Assembly: GCA_964016885.1 (NCBI GenBank)
Contig: OZ024740.1
Location: forward strand, 338,024,001-338,088,000
Reading direction: 5' to 3'
Source: Eledone cirrhosa
Taxonomy: Eukaryota
Length of the DNA: 64,000 bases
Shown: in pieces, positions 12,320-24,230 of the stretch
Layout: each line of letters starts with the position of its first letter
Numbering within the stretch: the first letter of the stretch is position 1
Position numbers and translations under genes: made by a program
Notes under the pieces: model-generated
Told to the model about the DNA's origin: nothing
What the model saw: only the letters and a program-made list of their open reading frames with translations
Databases searched by the model: none

Positions 12320-13865
12320 CTGAAGTAAACAAAGTTATTCACCTTGAGCAGGGGCACAATACAATGGTTAGAATGGCTGTCATAAAGTTGAAGTTAACAA
12401 CTATATGTCCAGAACATTAACATTTAATATACTGATATAATTTAGAAACTGAATGCTTATTATTTTTAACTTAACTTGATAGATTCACAGAACTAATAGT
12501 TACCACTCTGTATATTCTGAGTTTAAATCCTACTGAGGTCAATTTTACATTTCATATTTCTGGGTGTCATAAAATAAATACTAGCTAAATAGTGGAGTCA
12601 ATTACATCAACTCTACCTCTTTCTCTAAAATGTATGACCTTGTGCATATGTTAGAAATCATTATTTTGATCAATATTTGTTGATCTAAGGTTAACTTTGA
12701 CTTCTACCCCTCTGAGCTCAATAAAGTCAATCCCTATTTATTTCTAATTACTGTATCCTACAGTAGCTGAATATTCCATGGCAAAAATAAGTTTATTGTA
12801 ATTTTCACTGTTTGACGAAGGACCATGACAAATGGAGAGATGCTGTGCTGAAGAGGACCCGTCCCACTCTTGCAAAAAAGGAAAAGTGGACGTAAAATGA
12901 TGATGATGATGATGATGATGACAAGACTGGTTCTTTCAATTACAAGGACAGTTCATTTGATGGGCTTCTAAATAGTTTCCTTCTACCCAAATTTACTTAC
13001 AAAGCTTCAGTTGATTCTAGGTTATGGTAAAAGGCATATGATTCCATGTAGTGGAACCAAACTGAGAAGCTCATGATTATGAAGGAAGCTCCTTAACCAA
13101 TCAGCCATGTCTGTATCCATATAAAAATGAATCCTGGACAGGATTTGAATTAAGAATGTAAAAGAGACATCATTAAATATTACAATGTGTTTTGTCCAAT
13201 GCTCTACCGAGTTTTCAACCTACTGCAGCACCAGTGTTATATTAAGTGGGTAAAGAGCCTTTAACTTCCGGTGGAGTCATAGGGGATTTAAGCCTGGTGA
13301 AGCACATCTCTCTCCAGGTCAGAACACAGTCGATTTCTCCTTGTATTGGACAGGTATTTCATTTATCGACCTCAAAAGAATGAAAGGCAAAGTTTTCTTC
13401 AGCAGAATTTGAACTAGAAGCACAGCGAGCTGTAACAAATAGCAATGCATTTTTAATCAGACTTCCAAACAACTCTATTAATCTGCCACCTTTTTTTCTT
13501 ATTTTAGATCAATTCCATTGATTGCACCACTTCTCTATAAATGTATGGCTTTGTTGTTCTTGTAAGACATCTTTATTTCAAACTGAAGGTATTTGGGTTA
13601 AATTTAAAACAAAAACTTTTTAGAAAATATACTTATGATTTGGTCTATTGGAATTTAAGAAAATAACAACAAATAACTTTTCAGATCTGAGTAGGCTGCT
13701 GACATCGTTGCATTATCTCCATGACAACTACAGGTCTAAAAAGCAATAGAGTAATGGATGATATTATCTTTTAAATATATTAATTCTGCTTTACATTCTT
13801 TAAATTCGTATGTAATATAATTTGTTTTGTGAAAGTGGAAAGTTTCCAAAAGAATTGTGATTTTC

Positions 13866-13988
13866 AATAATAATTGTTTCTACTTTAGGCACAAGGCCAG
13901 CAAATACCCAGTGCATTACTGGTACTTTATTTTATCGACCCTGTAAGGATGAAAGGCAAAGTCAACCTCGGCGGGATTTGAACTCAGA
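13866..13988 (-). mobile_element. SINE family A, 3' part
   Basis: Reverse complement of the B-box, core and tail. Confidence 0.8.
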
Positions 13989-14199
13989 TTTCAATAATAA
14001 TATCACCAAACCTACAATATCGTGTCAGGAATTAAGAAAGTAGGTCCATCGTCAGACAAAGGGGGATAATTTTGATTGTGTTTAATAATTCTGTGTTACA
14101 TTAACATTGCTAGCAACATTGTTATATCTTAAATAAATCTCCCACAATTACTCTTTTACCCTCTCCTATCTATTTTGTCTGCCTGTTTGCCTACAATTT

Positions 14200-14392
14200 T
14201 GCTGATCCTCAGCCCTTGACTGCTACTTTATTTTATCAACTCTGGAACGATGAAAGCAAAGTTGATCTAGGTAGTATTTGAACTCAGAATGATGAGACCA
14301 AGAACGAATACTGTAAGACATTTAATAATTTTCTCTAATGACTGTTCTTTGCCAAATCTTTATTTTCTGCCAATCTCTGCTAATTCACCATT
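14200..14392 (-). mobile_element. SINE family A, degenerate
   Basis: Minus strand ttctgagttcaaatac...actttgctttcatcgttccagagttgataaaataaagtagcagtcaag. Confidence 0.6.
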
Positions 14393-14405
14393 GGAAATTA
14401 AATAT

Positions 14406-14500
14406 GTTTACAGCACTTGAGATTTCCAAGTGTGGCCACCCATCTCAGTATTGACTAATTTCAGTGATCGGATGAGAACCAAAGTTTTCAACATGATATA
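14406..14500 (-). pseudogene. 5S rRNA pseudogene / 5S-derived fragment
   Basis: Minus strand tatcatgttgaaaactttggttctcatccgatcactgaaatta..gtcaatactgagatgggtggccacacttggaaatctcaagtgctgtaaac aligns by eye to animal 5S rRNA (GGTTCTCGTCCGATCACCGAAGTTA...GATGGGTGACC...GTGCTGTAG). It has an internal deletion of roughly 15 nt. Confidence 0.8.
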
Positions 14501-14544
14501 TATTCAAAAGCCACCAAAAGATTCTGAAGGCTAGCATCAATAAA

Positions 14545-14830
14545 AATAAGTTAAAGATTGTCACCAAGCCAGGATTGTCAGATCAATGCTTATCTCAGTT
14601 TCATCAGCATTAAGCAGCTGAGAAGAAGACTCCTTCCTGGACAGGATAGCACTTCATCACAAGATTACACCCCTACCCCCCACTGCTGTAATCAAATTTC
14701 AGTTGAATGTACTAGAACAATGGAATATGAAGTGATTTGCTTAAGAACACAACACACTGTCTGTTCTAAGAATTGAACCCATGACATTATGATCATAAGT
14801 CCCAAAACCCTAACCACTAGGTCATGTACC
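14545..14830 (-). mobile_element. Old CORE-type SINE
   Basis: The minus strand begins ggtacatgacctagtggttagggt...gggttcaattc...gtgtgttgtgttcttaagcaaatcacttcat, i.e. tRNA head plus CORE. Confidence 0.6.
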
Positions 14831-15444
14831 ATCATTGGCACTTTCATGTTTGATATACAATTAGTCTCAATTTTTAGAAAATCACAATGGCACCAACACA
14901 TTTGGCAAATCTCCTGGTTAAAACTATCTTTACTATTAATTATGTTCAGAACTAAACATCTAAGATCTCTCAATCCAATTTAATTCATTTCAATACAATT
15001 TATTGTCTTTGTATTTTTACAATGAAAATCTCTTTGTAGCCTAAGTAATAACATTATTGATTCATACATCTTAAAGCCACAATCATGTAATAACATAGGG
15101 TAATACAGTGATAATATTATATTATATTAATAATTTCTAACTTATTCACAAGGCCACACATTTTGGTAGAATGAGTGGATAGGTGGGTACAGTCAGTATC
15201 ATTTTTTCTTTTTCATTTTCTCATTTTAGATGCATTATAAGAATATATATTGACTCAATATATGATGGGATTTGTACTATATTTTATGGACCTTGGACAG
15301 ATATAAACAAAAGTTAACTTCAGCAAGAATTGACTTCAGAACATAAAAGGTTGTAACCAGAGATGGTGCCTGGGTATTTAGTGGTGCCTGGGCTAGTTCT
15401 ACAATATATGTAACATTCTTTCAAATAAAATGTTTTCGACTTAC

Positions 15445-15485
15445 AATTGGTAAGAAGATGAACCTAGTTTTTGACACTTCTTGAT
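15445..15485 (-). CDS. Candidate 41-nt exon following a putative U12-type intron
   Basis: Preceded by ttttcttaat-gtgattag (U12-like branch site close to the AG, no pyrimidine tract). Donor gtaagt. Phase 0 reads IKKCQKLGSSSYQ. Confidence 0.35.
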
Positions 15486-16129
15486 CTAATCACATTAAGA
15501 AAATTACTAAGCCTACCATTTCCACTACACAGTCCACACTTGTTCACATCAAATTATATAAGAGTTCATAACACTATAAGACTCTCTCCACCAATTTAGA
15601 TAATTCCACAATTCTGCTACACAACAAAGACTTGCACTTTATTTATTGATTGCAGAAAATTATTATATATTTAGTTTAATTATACAAATTTGTATAAAAC
15701 TGTGATTCTTTAACATTCAGTAATGCATCTCTCCTAGTTCTATCTGCAAGTAAAGTCAACACAGAGGAGAGAAGGACATTTGGTTTTACTGAGGATATGA
15801 CAACCACTTTAGTGCTGATGCCACAATAAAATGCAGCCAATAGACAATGTAAAGAGGTAGTATTGGGGCCATGATGAAATGCACTCTGTAAAGTGATAGT
15901 GCTGGTGGCACAAAATGCACCTAGTACACTCTGTATATTGGGTTACATTAGGAAGAGCATCCAGCTGTAGAAACAATGCTAAAATATGGAACATATGAGC
16001 AAAATGTAGGTAGTGAAACATGTCTAGTCTTGGACTATGATAACCAATCCAACCTATGTCAGCATGAAAAACAGACGCAAAATGATGATGATCATCATCA
16101 TCATGATAATGATGATGAACTTGTGAGTA

Positions 16130-17265
16130 ATAGCTGTAAAATTTCCCACAAATCACAAAAACATTTTAAAATGTGGGACACATTGGATAATGTAATCCTA
16201 GATATATATACTCTACGAGGGAAAGATGGCATGGTTATGGAATATCTTTGATCTTAGGTCTGCTGAATCAGTTGTTACTTGGAGCTAACAACTGCCATCT
16301 TCCCCTACCACCACCACTACCACCACCACCACCGCTGCTGCCAACCACCGCAACCACCACCTACTATCACCACCACTACTACCATCATCACCACCACTAC
16401 TACCACCACCACCACCACCACTACTACTACTGCTACTACTACTACTAGTAACCTGAAAGGGTGTTTTGTGAGTGTTCATTCTACAATAAAAAAAATAAAA
16501 AATAAATAAAATGGGATGGTCACGGCTGGAATGCTTTTGATCATAGTTTTGCTCAATCAGAGCTGATGTGGGGGTATAATAACCATAACAACATACATGA
16601 ATTATCTCTGCCATTAACTACCCTCCCTATCACCTACACTATCATCTCTGCCTACAATTACTTCTACAAGGGAGCCTCTATATGCTAGAAATAGCAGCCA
16701 CATTTTTCTCAAATCATATCTTACTGTCGTCATAATAGGGGAAGGATCCATTCAACTGTGTAGTCCTAGATTACTCTAAAAAGATTTCATAGCTGGAATG
16801 TTTTCGATCATAGGTCTGTTTGATCAGAGCTGACCTGGGGTTAAACAACAATGACATCATCAAATTTATAGCAAAGTCAGTAAAATATGTTCATGTCATT
16901 AATTAATTTGTCAATCTATAACATGAAACTGTATATTTCTAAGTAATCTGCATATGTGCAAATGAAAAAAACAAAACAAAACAAGTTGATGCAACAAGTG
17001 CACTCATTACTTACTTCCTGATGATAATCATTAAAGCTAATTCAAATATATTACAACATTCGCTAACACCACACTTGTATACACTTCTTAGTTAATTTTA
17101 AGGCAGCTGAGTATAATTTGATGGAGATTTGGCTGCTATTTCTAGCAGGTTGAGAAATGTATAGAGGATCTTTTATTGGTTTGGGATGGGATGGTCATGG
17201 CTGGAATGACTTTTATCTTTGGTTTCTTTGATCAGGGTTGACCTGTGGCTAGGCAGTAACAATAA
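16130..17265 (+). repeat. Cluster of four partial copies of an unclassified interspersed repeat, interrupted by a (CAC/TAC)n tract at 16307-16450
   Basis: Recurrent gggatggtcatggctggaatg..tttgatcatagg....gatcag.gctgacctgggg.taaacaac at about 16220, 16510, 16790 and 17190. Further copies at 21420 and 23550. Confidence 0.65.
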
Positions 17266-18239
17266 TAATGATTTCTTATATAGCCACAAGGCTGGCAATT
17301 TGAAGGGAAGGAAAAGTAGATTAAACCAACCCCAGCATTAGACTCACATTTAATTTTATCAAAACCTGAAAGGATGAAATGCAAAATTAACTTTGGCAGG
17401 ATTTGAACACAGATGCCAGAGAACTAGAACAAATATCATGAGTCATCTTGTCCTCCACTCTCACATCCCTGTTAATTTGCTACCAAATCCAAATAAGTAT
17501 ATTTGGATTATAATTCCAAGTAGTTTTAGCAAATTATGTGACTGATAAAGTAATGACTAATTTCTGAACTTATTGAGCCTCTCTTCATATATTGTACAGT
17601 GTCAGGCATAGATCTGACCATCTTGCACACTTTCAAGCATGTAATGTGATGAGCTATTAGAAGATGGGTAGCCCAGCAAATTGAACCAAAGAAACTATGT
17701 TTCAATTTGACCTTTCCTATTGTCATTTACAACTGCTGGTAGAAATATAAATCTTTAATTTTTTGTCAGCAATAGGAGGCAGAATTTGAATTCAGAAAGC
17801 ATAAAGCTGGAACAGGTATTGCAAAGCATTCAGTCTAACACGTCTGGTTTCCCAGTTCCCCAGTTCCAAACCATCAGTCCCTTGACCCACTACACACTGA
17901 ACTGGTACTTTTTTTTATTGATCCTAAAAGAATGAAAGCACAGAGAACCAAAACAAATACCACAAAGTATTTGCCACGAATGATCATAGGTCAGATAATT
18001 TTTAACAAGATAGAATTATTTGGAAGCCCATAGTGTGTGATTACTAACATAGTTCTATGTGTAACAGTATATTTCTTAAGTCAAGTCATGTGACGGACTA
18101 TATATTAGCCTGAAGTGAGATCAATAAGTCCAGACACTAGTTGATTGGATATTTTATTGCTAGTAAAATAATGAGTTGTAAATATTTTAGGATGGAATTA
18201 TATCACCCATATTATTATCTTAGAGCAACTTTCACTATG

Positions 18240-20313
18240 TTAACCCTTTAGCATCTAAACCGGCTGTATTTGGCCAGAATTCTTTCTCCTTCTTGAAACC
18301 AGCTGTAACCAGTAGCTCACACTGATTTTAAGATATTGTTCTTAAAATAAACAATAACAACATCAAAATCTCGTAAACTTGAGATTATGTGAAATAAAGC
18401 CTTTACCATGGTAACCGGTCCACCGAGTATAGCTGCCGAGATGCTGAAGGCATCTGGGTAGGTAGGTCACACCATAACCACACGTATTGTTAACCAGGTA
18501 ATATTAGAAGGTGCCATACCAAAGGATTGGTGCAGCAGCATCATTGTCAACTGCTACAAGGGTAAAGGTGATGCACTAGATAGAGGAAACTATAGAGGTA
18601 TAAAGCTGATGGACCAGGTCATGAAAGTGACAGAAAGAGTTATAGCACAGTTGATTAGGGACCGGGTGAAACTAGATGAGATGCAATTTGGGTTTGTGCC
18701 AGGAAGAGGCACCACTGATGCCCTCTTCCTTGTGAGGCAGTTACAGGAAAAGTACCTAGCTAAAAGTAAGCCACTCTACTTGGCATTCGTCGCTCTCGAG
18801 AAAGCCTTTGACAGAGTTCCACGTGCTGTAATCTGGTGGGCTCTTAGAAAACTAGGAGTAGATGAATGGCTTGTGAAAGCTGTACAAGCCATGTATAGGG
18901 GAGCAGTCAGCAAAGTTAGGATTAGCAATGAGTATAGCGAGGAATTTAGTGTACAGGTTGGTGTCCACCAGGGCTCTGTTCTTAGTCCGCTCCTGTTCAT
19001 CATAGTTCTGCAGGCAATAACGGAGGAGTTTAAGACTGGATACCCATGGGAACTCCTGTATGCAGATGACTTCGCACTTATAGCTGAATCCATGGTAGAA
19101 CTAGAGCAACCTGACAAAGGCTAAGGTCCTTGTAAGTAGACGAGAAAACAGAACCAGATCCCCTCAAGGAAATGGCCTTGCTCAGTGTGTAGGAAAGGTG
19201 TAGGTAGGAACTCCATTCTCTGCCCCAAATGCAAACAATGGGTACACAAGAGATGTAGAGGGATCTCAGGAAGCTTAACTAAGAATGTAGGCTTCACATG
19301 TAGCAGCTGTGCTGGGACAGCAAGCAGCAAACAGACAGGAAACAAGTACCACCATACTCTGGGAGGGCTCTGTAGAAATAGTAGACAGCTTCTGCTACCT
19401 AGGTGACCGAATTAGCAGTGGAGGTGGGTGTTCGGAAAGTACAATAATTAGGGTATGAACGGGATGGAAGAAGTTCAGGGAGTTACTGCGACTGCTAGCT
19501 GCAAAAGGCTTTTCCCTCAAAATGAAAGGCAGACTGTATGATGTGTGTATCCGAACAGCAATGTTACATGGTAGTGAGACCTGGGCACTGTTTGTGGAAG
19601 ACTTGCGTAGATTATAAAGAAACGAAGCCTGCATGCTTCGATGGATGTGTAATAGTAATATACGCGAACGACAAAGCATAAATGAATTGAGAGAGAGACT
19701 GAGCATAAGAGGAATCAAATGCTGTATGCAGGAGAGGCAGTTGCGTTGGTATGGACATGTGATGCGTATGAAGGAGGACAGCTGCATAAAAAGGTGCAGA
19801 GCACTAGTAGTCGATGGAAACCGCGGAGTGGGCAGACCTAAGATGACCTGGGATGAGGTGATAAAAGCCGACCTTACCCAATTACACCTCACAAAGGCGA
19901 TGACACATGACCGTGACCTTTGGCATCACGCAGTAATACAGAAGGCGCCTGATCCCCCATGTGTACAAGCCGAAGCTGAAGCATATAGACAATATACCCC
20001 TGCCCCCTCCCACTGCAAAGTGGTCATTGAGGTGCCATGGCAAAAAAGCACCCAGCCCACATGTAAAGTGAATGTGTAGCCCCCACAAAAAAAGCACTCA
20101 GCACTCACTGTAAATGAGGTTGGTGTTAGGAAGGGCATCCAGTTGTAGAAATCAAGCCGGAATCAGTTCCTGTATGAGCAAGACACGGTTAGCCGACCGG
20201 ACAATGCCCACAACAGGACAACCCATCTAACCCATACTAGCATGGAAGAACGCACGTAAAACGGTGATGATGATGATGATGATACAAGAGTAATGTAAAT
20301 GTTAAAGGGTTAA
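18240..20313. mobile_element. TTAA-flanked (piggyBac-type) MITE split by an RTE insertion
   Basis: TTAA-ccctttagcatctaaac ... aatgtaaatgttaaaggg-TTAA. The two halves (18240-18410 and 20284-20313) match intact copies at 35203-35413 and 48818-49021 in reverse orientation. Confidence 0.75.
18411..20283 (+). mobile_element. RTE LINE copy 1, 5'-truncated, with an internal deletion and stops
   Basis: MQFGFVPGRGTTDA, LEKAFDRV, GVHQGSVLSPLLF, YADD and RWYGHVMR motifs, a 3' UTR and a (GAT)n tail. Confidence 0.95.
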
Positions 20314-21122
20314 ACATAATGTGTAATAACATTTAAAATATACTTTTACAAATTGAGCTATTTACAAAAAGAAACAAGGCCCAAAATAAGAAGTTAGCAT
20401 CAAAATCATGAGATCCCAGGTTTGGCCCCATTGTGTAGCATCACGGGCAACTGTCTCGTTATCATAGTCTTGGGTTGACCCAAGCTTTGTGTGTGAAACT
20501 GAGTAAACGGAAACATTTTGGGAGCCCATTGCTACTCTGAGAATTATTTTAGGGTACACGTGTCTATGGAATATTCAGCCAGTTATATGCTAATCTATAC
20601 AGAAGCTTTATGGAAGCTTATTGAATGATCTGTAACTAATTCAAAGGGCCTTCTTTGTTATGCACTGCATGTTGCCTATTCTCCCTTAGAATTATGTTAA
20701 TATTATACATGTCTGTGGAATATTCAGCCAGTTACACATGAATATAAGGAGTAAGCTATTCTGTAGATCGATCTGTTGGAACACTTATCGTTGAAGCCGA
20801 CGGATGTTCATTTATTTATATCACTTGTGATATAATACATAATGGTAATTAGGGGTTACATTTCCTTAATTTGAAGAGTATTATTAAATGTTCACCAAGC
20901 AGAACTGTTCAACATGGCTGTGTTTAGTTATAATCCAATACACTTTACAGTCAACATCTTTCATTTTTAATTCAACAAAAAACAATATATTGAATGTGTA
21001 TCCTTAACAGACATAATACCTTGCTTCACACTCCTTTAATGATAAAAATCAACATCAATCATTTAAACAGAATCCGCCACCACCAATATCACCTTTACAA
21101 CTTTTCATAATATAAAGGATAC

Positions 21123-21181
21123 TGATGTTTTTCTTGTTGTAACATATGATTCAGAGATTGGTGAGCGATCATTAACTTGAG
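21123..21181 (-). CDS. Candidate 59-nt exon of the host gene; donor matches the U12 consensus
   Basis: Acceptor ttttggtttctatttccag. Phase 1 reads AQVNDRSPISESYVTTRKTS, followed by GTATCCTTT. Confidence 0.5.
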
Positions 21182-21568
21182 CTGGAAATAGAAACCAAAA
21201 TTTATAAACAGGGTGATGAAAAATAGAAGACTGTGGCTCAGTTTTGTTCAAATAAGGGATCAGTCTCTACACTTCTACTACAAACAGGGAGACAGGACAG
21301 GCAAATCAAGGAATCTTTATGTTGTTACTTGACCTGCAAGAATTAGCAGTGAAATCACTGTATACTCTCTTTAAAAAAACAAAAATGTCACTTTGGTCAA
21401 TAATATATAAAAATATTTGATAATCATGGCTAGAATATCTTTAATCATAAGTTTGCAAGATGAGGGTTAACCAGTGAGTTAAAAAACAGTAACAACAACA
21501 TTCATGAGAACCTCTGTGTGGAAACACTCTACTATCTTTAAAACAAGAACTCTTTCAATAATATAATT

Positions 21569-23543
21569 ACCAGGTAATACTAGAAGGTGTCATACCAAAA
21601 GATTGGTGCAGTAGCATCATTGTCAACTGCTACAAAGGTAAAGGGGATGCACTAGATAGAGGAAACTATAGAGGTATAAAGCTGATGGACCAGGTCATGA
21701 AAGTGACAGAAAGAGTTATAGCACAGTTGATTAGGGACCGGGTGAAACTAGATGAGATGCAATTTGGGTTTGTGCCAGGAAGAGGCACCACTGATGCCCT
21801 CTTCCTTGTGAGGCAGTTACAGGAAAAGTACCTAGCTAAAAGTAAGCCACTGTACCTGGCATTTGTCGACCTTGAGAAAGCCTTTGACAGAGTCCCACGT
21901 GCTGGTGGGCTCTTAGAAAACTAGGAGTAGATGAATGGCTTGTGAAAGCTGTACAAGCCATGTATAGGGGAGCAGTCAGCAAAGTTAGGATTAGCAATGA
22001 GTATAGCGAGGAATTTAGCGTACTGGTTGGTGTCCACCAGGGCTCTGTTCTTAGCCCTCTCCTGTTCATCATAGTCCTGCAGGAAATAACGGAAGAGTTT
22101 AAGACTGGATGCCCATGGGAACTCCTGTATGCTGATGACCTCGCACTTATAGCTGAATCTATGGTAGAGCTAGAGAAGAAATTCAAAACTTGGAAGCAGG
22201 GACTAGGAAGAAAGGGTCTCAAAGTCAACATGACAAAGACTAAGGTCCTTGTAAGTAAACGAGAAAACAGAACCCAGATCCCCACAGGGAAATGGCCTTG
22301 CTCAGTATGTAGGAAATGTGTAGGTAGGAACTCCATTCTCTGCCCCAAATGCAAACAATGGGTACACAAGAGATGTAGCGGGATCTCAGGAAACTTAATT
22401 AAGAATGTAGGCTTCACATGCAGCAGCTGTACTGGGACAGCAAACAGCAAACAGCCACAGGAAACAAGTACCACCAATCTCTGGGAGGGCTCTGTAGAAA
22501 AAGTAGACAGCTTCTGCTACCTAGGTGACCGAATTAGCAGTGGAGATGGGTGTTCAGAAAGTACAATAACTAGGGTAAGAACGGGATGGAAGAAGTTCAG
22601 GGAACTACTACCACTGCTAGCTGCAAAAGGATTTTCCCTCAAATTGAAAGGCAGACTGTATGATGTGTGTATCCGAACAGCAATGTTGCATAGTAGTGAG
22701 ACCTGGGCGCTGAAGGTGGAAGACTTACGTAGATTAGAGAGAAACGAAGCCTGCATGCTCCGATGGATGTGTAACAGTAATATACGTGAACGACAAAGCA
22801 TAAATGAATTGAGAGAGAGACTGAGCATAAGAGGAATCAAATGCTGCGTGCAGGAGAGGCGGTTACGCTGGTATGGACATGTGATACGTATGAAGGATGA
22901 CAGCTGCATAAAAAGGTGCAGAGCACTAGAAGTTGATGGAAACCGCGGAGTGGGGAGACCCAAGATGACTTGGGATGAGGTGATAAAAGCCGACCTTACC
23001 CAACTACACCTCTCAAAGTCAATGACACACGACCGTGACTTCTGGCGTCACGCAGTAATACAGGGTACCCGACCTCCCATGGGTACATGCTGAAGCATAT
23101 AAACAATATGCCCCCCCCCCCCCACCGCAAGGTGGTCGTGTAGGTGCCACGGCAAAAAAGCACCCAGCCCACACTGTAAAGTGGACGTGTAGGCGCCACG
23201 AAAAAGCACCCAGCACTCACTGTAAATGAGGTTGGTGTTAGGAAGGGCATCCAGCTGTAGAAATCAAGCCAGATCAGTTCCTGTATGAGCAAGGCATGGT
23301 CAGCCGACCAGACACTGCCCACAACAGGACAACCCGTCTAACCCATGCTAGCATGGAAGAACGGACGTAAAACGGTGATGATGATGATGATGATGATCCA
23401 GCTGTAGAAATCAAGCCAAATCAGTTCCTGTATGAGCAAGGCAAGGTCAGCCGACCAGACACTGCCCACAACAGGACAACCCATCTAACCCATGCTAGCG
23501 TGGAAGAACGGATGTAAAATGGTGATGATGATGATGATGATGA
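21569..23543 (+). mobile_element. RTE LINE copy 2, 5'-truncated, with tandem duplication of the last ~145 bp
   Basis: ORFs 21685..21924 and 21942..23093 encode RT, PHD insert and C-terminus. The (GAT)n tail ends at 23397 and the tail is repeated at 23398-23543. Confidence 0.95.
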
Positions 23544-23899
23544 CTATGAAACATTTGGATCATAGATCTGTTAGATCAGGGTTGACTTATGTTTAAACAA
23601 CAACAAGGAGGATCACATTAGATAATGTATTTCTAGATATACTATCCCTGAATAAATAACAAGATTTTCATGTCTAGATAACCTTTGATTATAAACAAAA
23701 TCATCATCAACAAGGAAGGACAGGTTTCAATCATCATCATTGTTTTTCCATGTTAGCATGGGTTAGACAAGTCCTCTTCAATACAATATCTCTCTATTCT
23801 GTTATTTCCTTTGTTCATGAGATCAGCTTTACCTACCTCTATCTATATTTTCCTGGGATTTCTCTTTCCAATTGGATTTCCTAGCACTTCTTTACCCAA

Positions 23900-24230
23900 A
23901 TCATCATCATCATCATCATCATTTTTATGTCCATTTTTTTGTGCTTGCATGGATCCTTCTCAGCACAGCATCTCTTCACTTACTGCATTTCTTTGTCATC
24001 CCCTCCTTAGTGATTTTAGGTCAGCTCTCTCCACCTCGGCCCAAGTCTTTCTTGGTCTATCTCTACTGTGACTTCCTTCGACTGGCATTTCCTGCAACCT
24101 CTTCACCCATCAGTCCTCATCCATGCACATCACATGTCCATACCAATGTAGTCTTCTCTCCTGTACACCTACTCAGATTCCTCTTAAACTTAGTTTCTCC
24201 CTCAGTTCATCCAAGCTCTGTCTTTCTCTC
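23900..24230 (-). mobile_element. Older RTE 3'-end fragment
   Basis: catcacatgtccataccaatg on + corresponds to WYGHVM on -. It has a (CAT)n tail on +. Confidence 0.65.

Noticed and set aside
13650-13736. Minus-strand acceptor ctctattgctttttag followed by coding-like sequence
   Set aside because: No good donor, and all frames stop within about 80 nt. It could be a terminal exon, but I cannot support that.
16248-16614. His/Thr/Pro/Gly-rich ORFs, and IYIY/VCVC ORFs elsewhere
   Set aside because: These are translations of (CAC)n, (TA)n and (TG)n microsatellites.
17560-17660. Possible CR1 C-terminal remnant (ESVQ...YEERL on minus)
   Set aside because: Too short and degenerate to call.
19395-19892. 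Recurrent antisense ORF (MGLPTPRFPS..., also 22517-22963, 43248-43694, 47210-47656)
   Set aside because: It is the shadow frame of the RTE ORF and recurs only because the copies are near-identical.
20998-21010. Plus-strand GTATCCTTAACAG resembling both a U12 donor and a branch site
   Set aside because: No supporting plus-strand exon was found next to it. It also shows that such motifs can arise by chance in this sequence.
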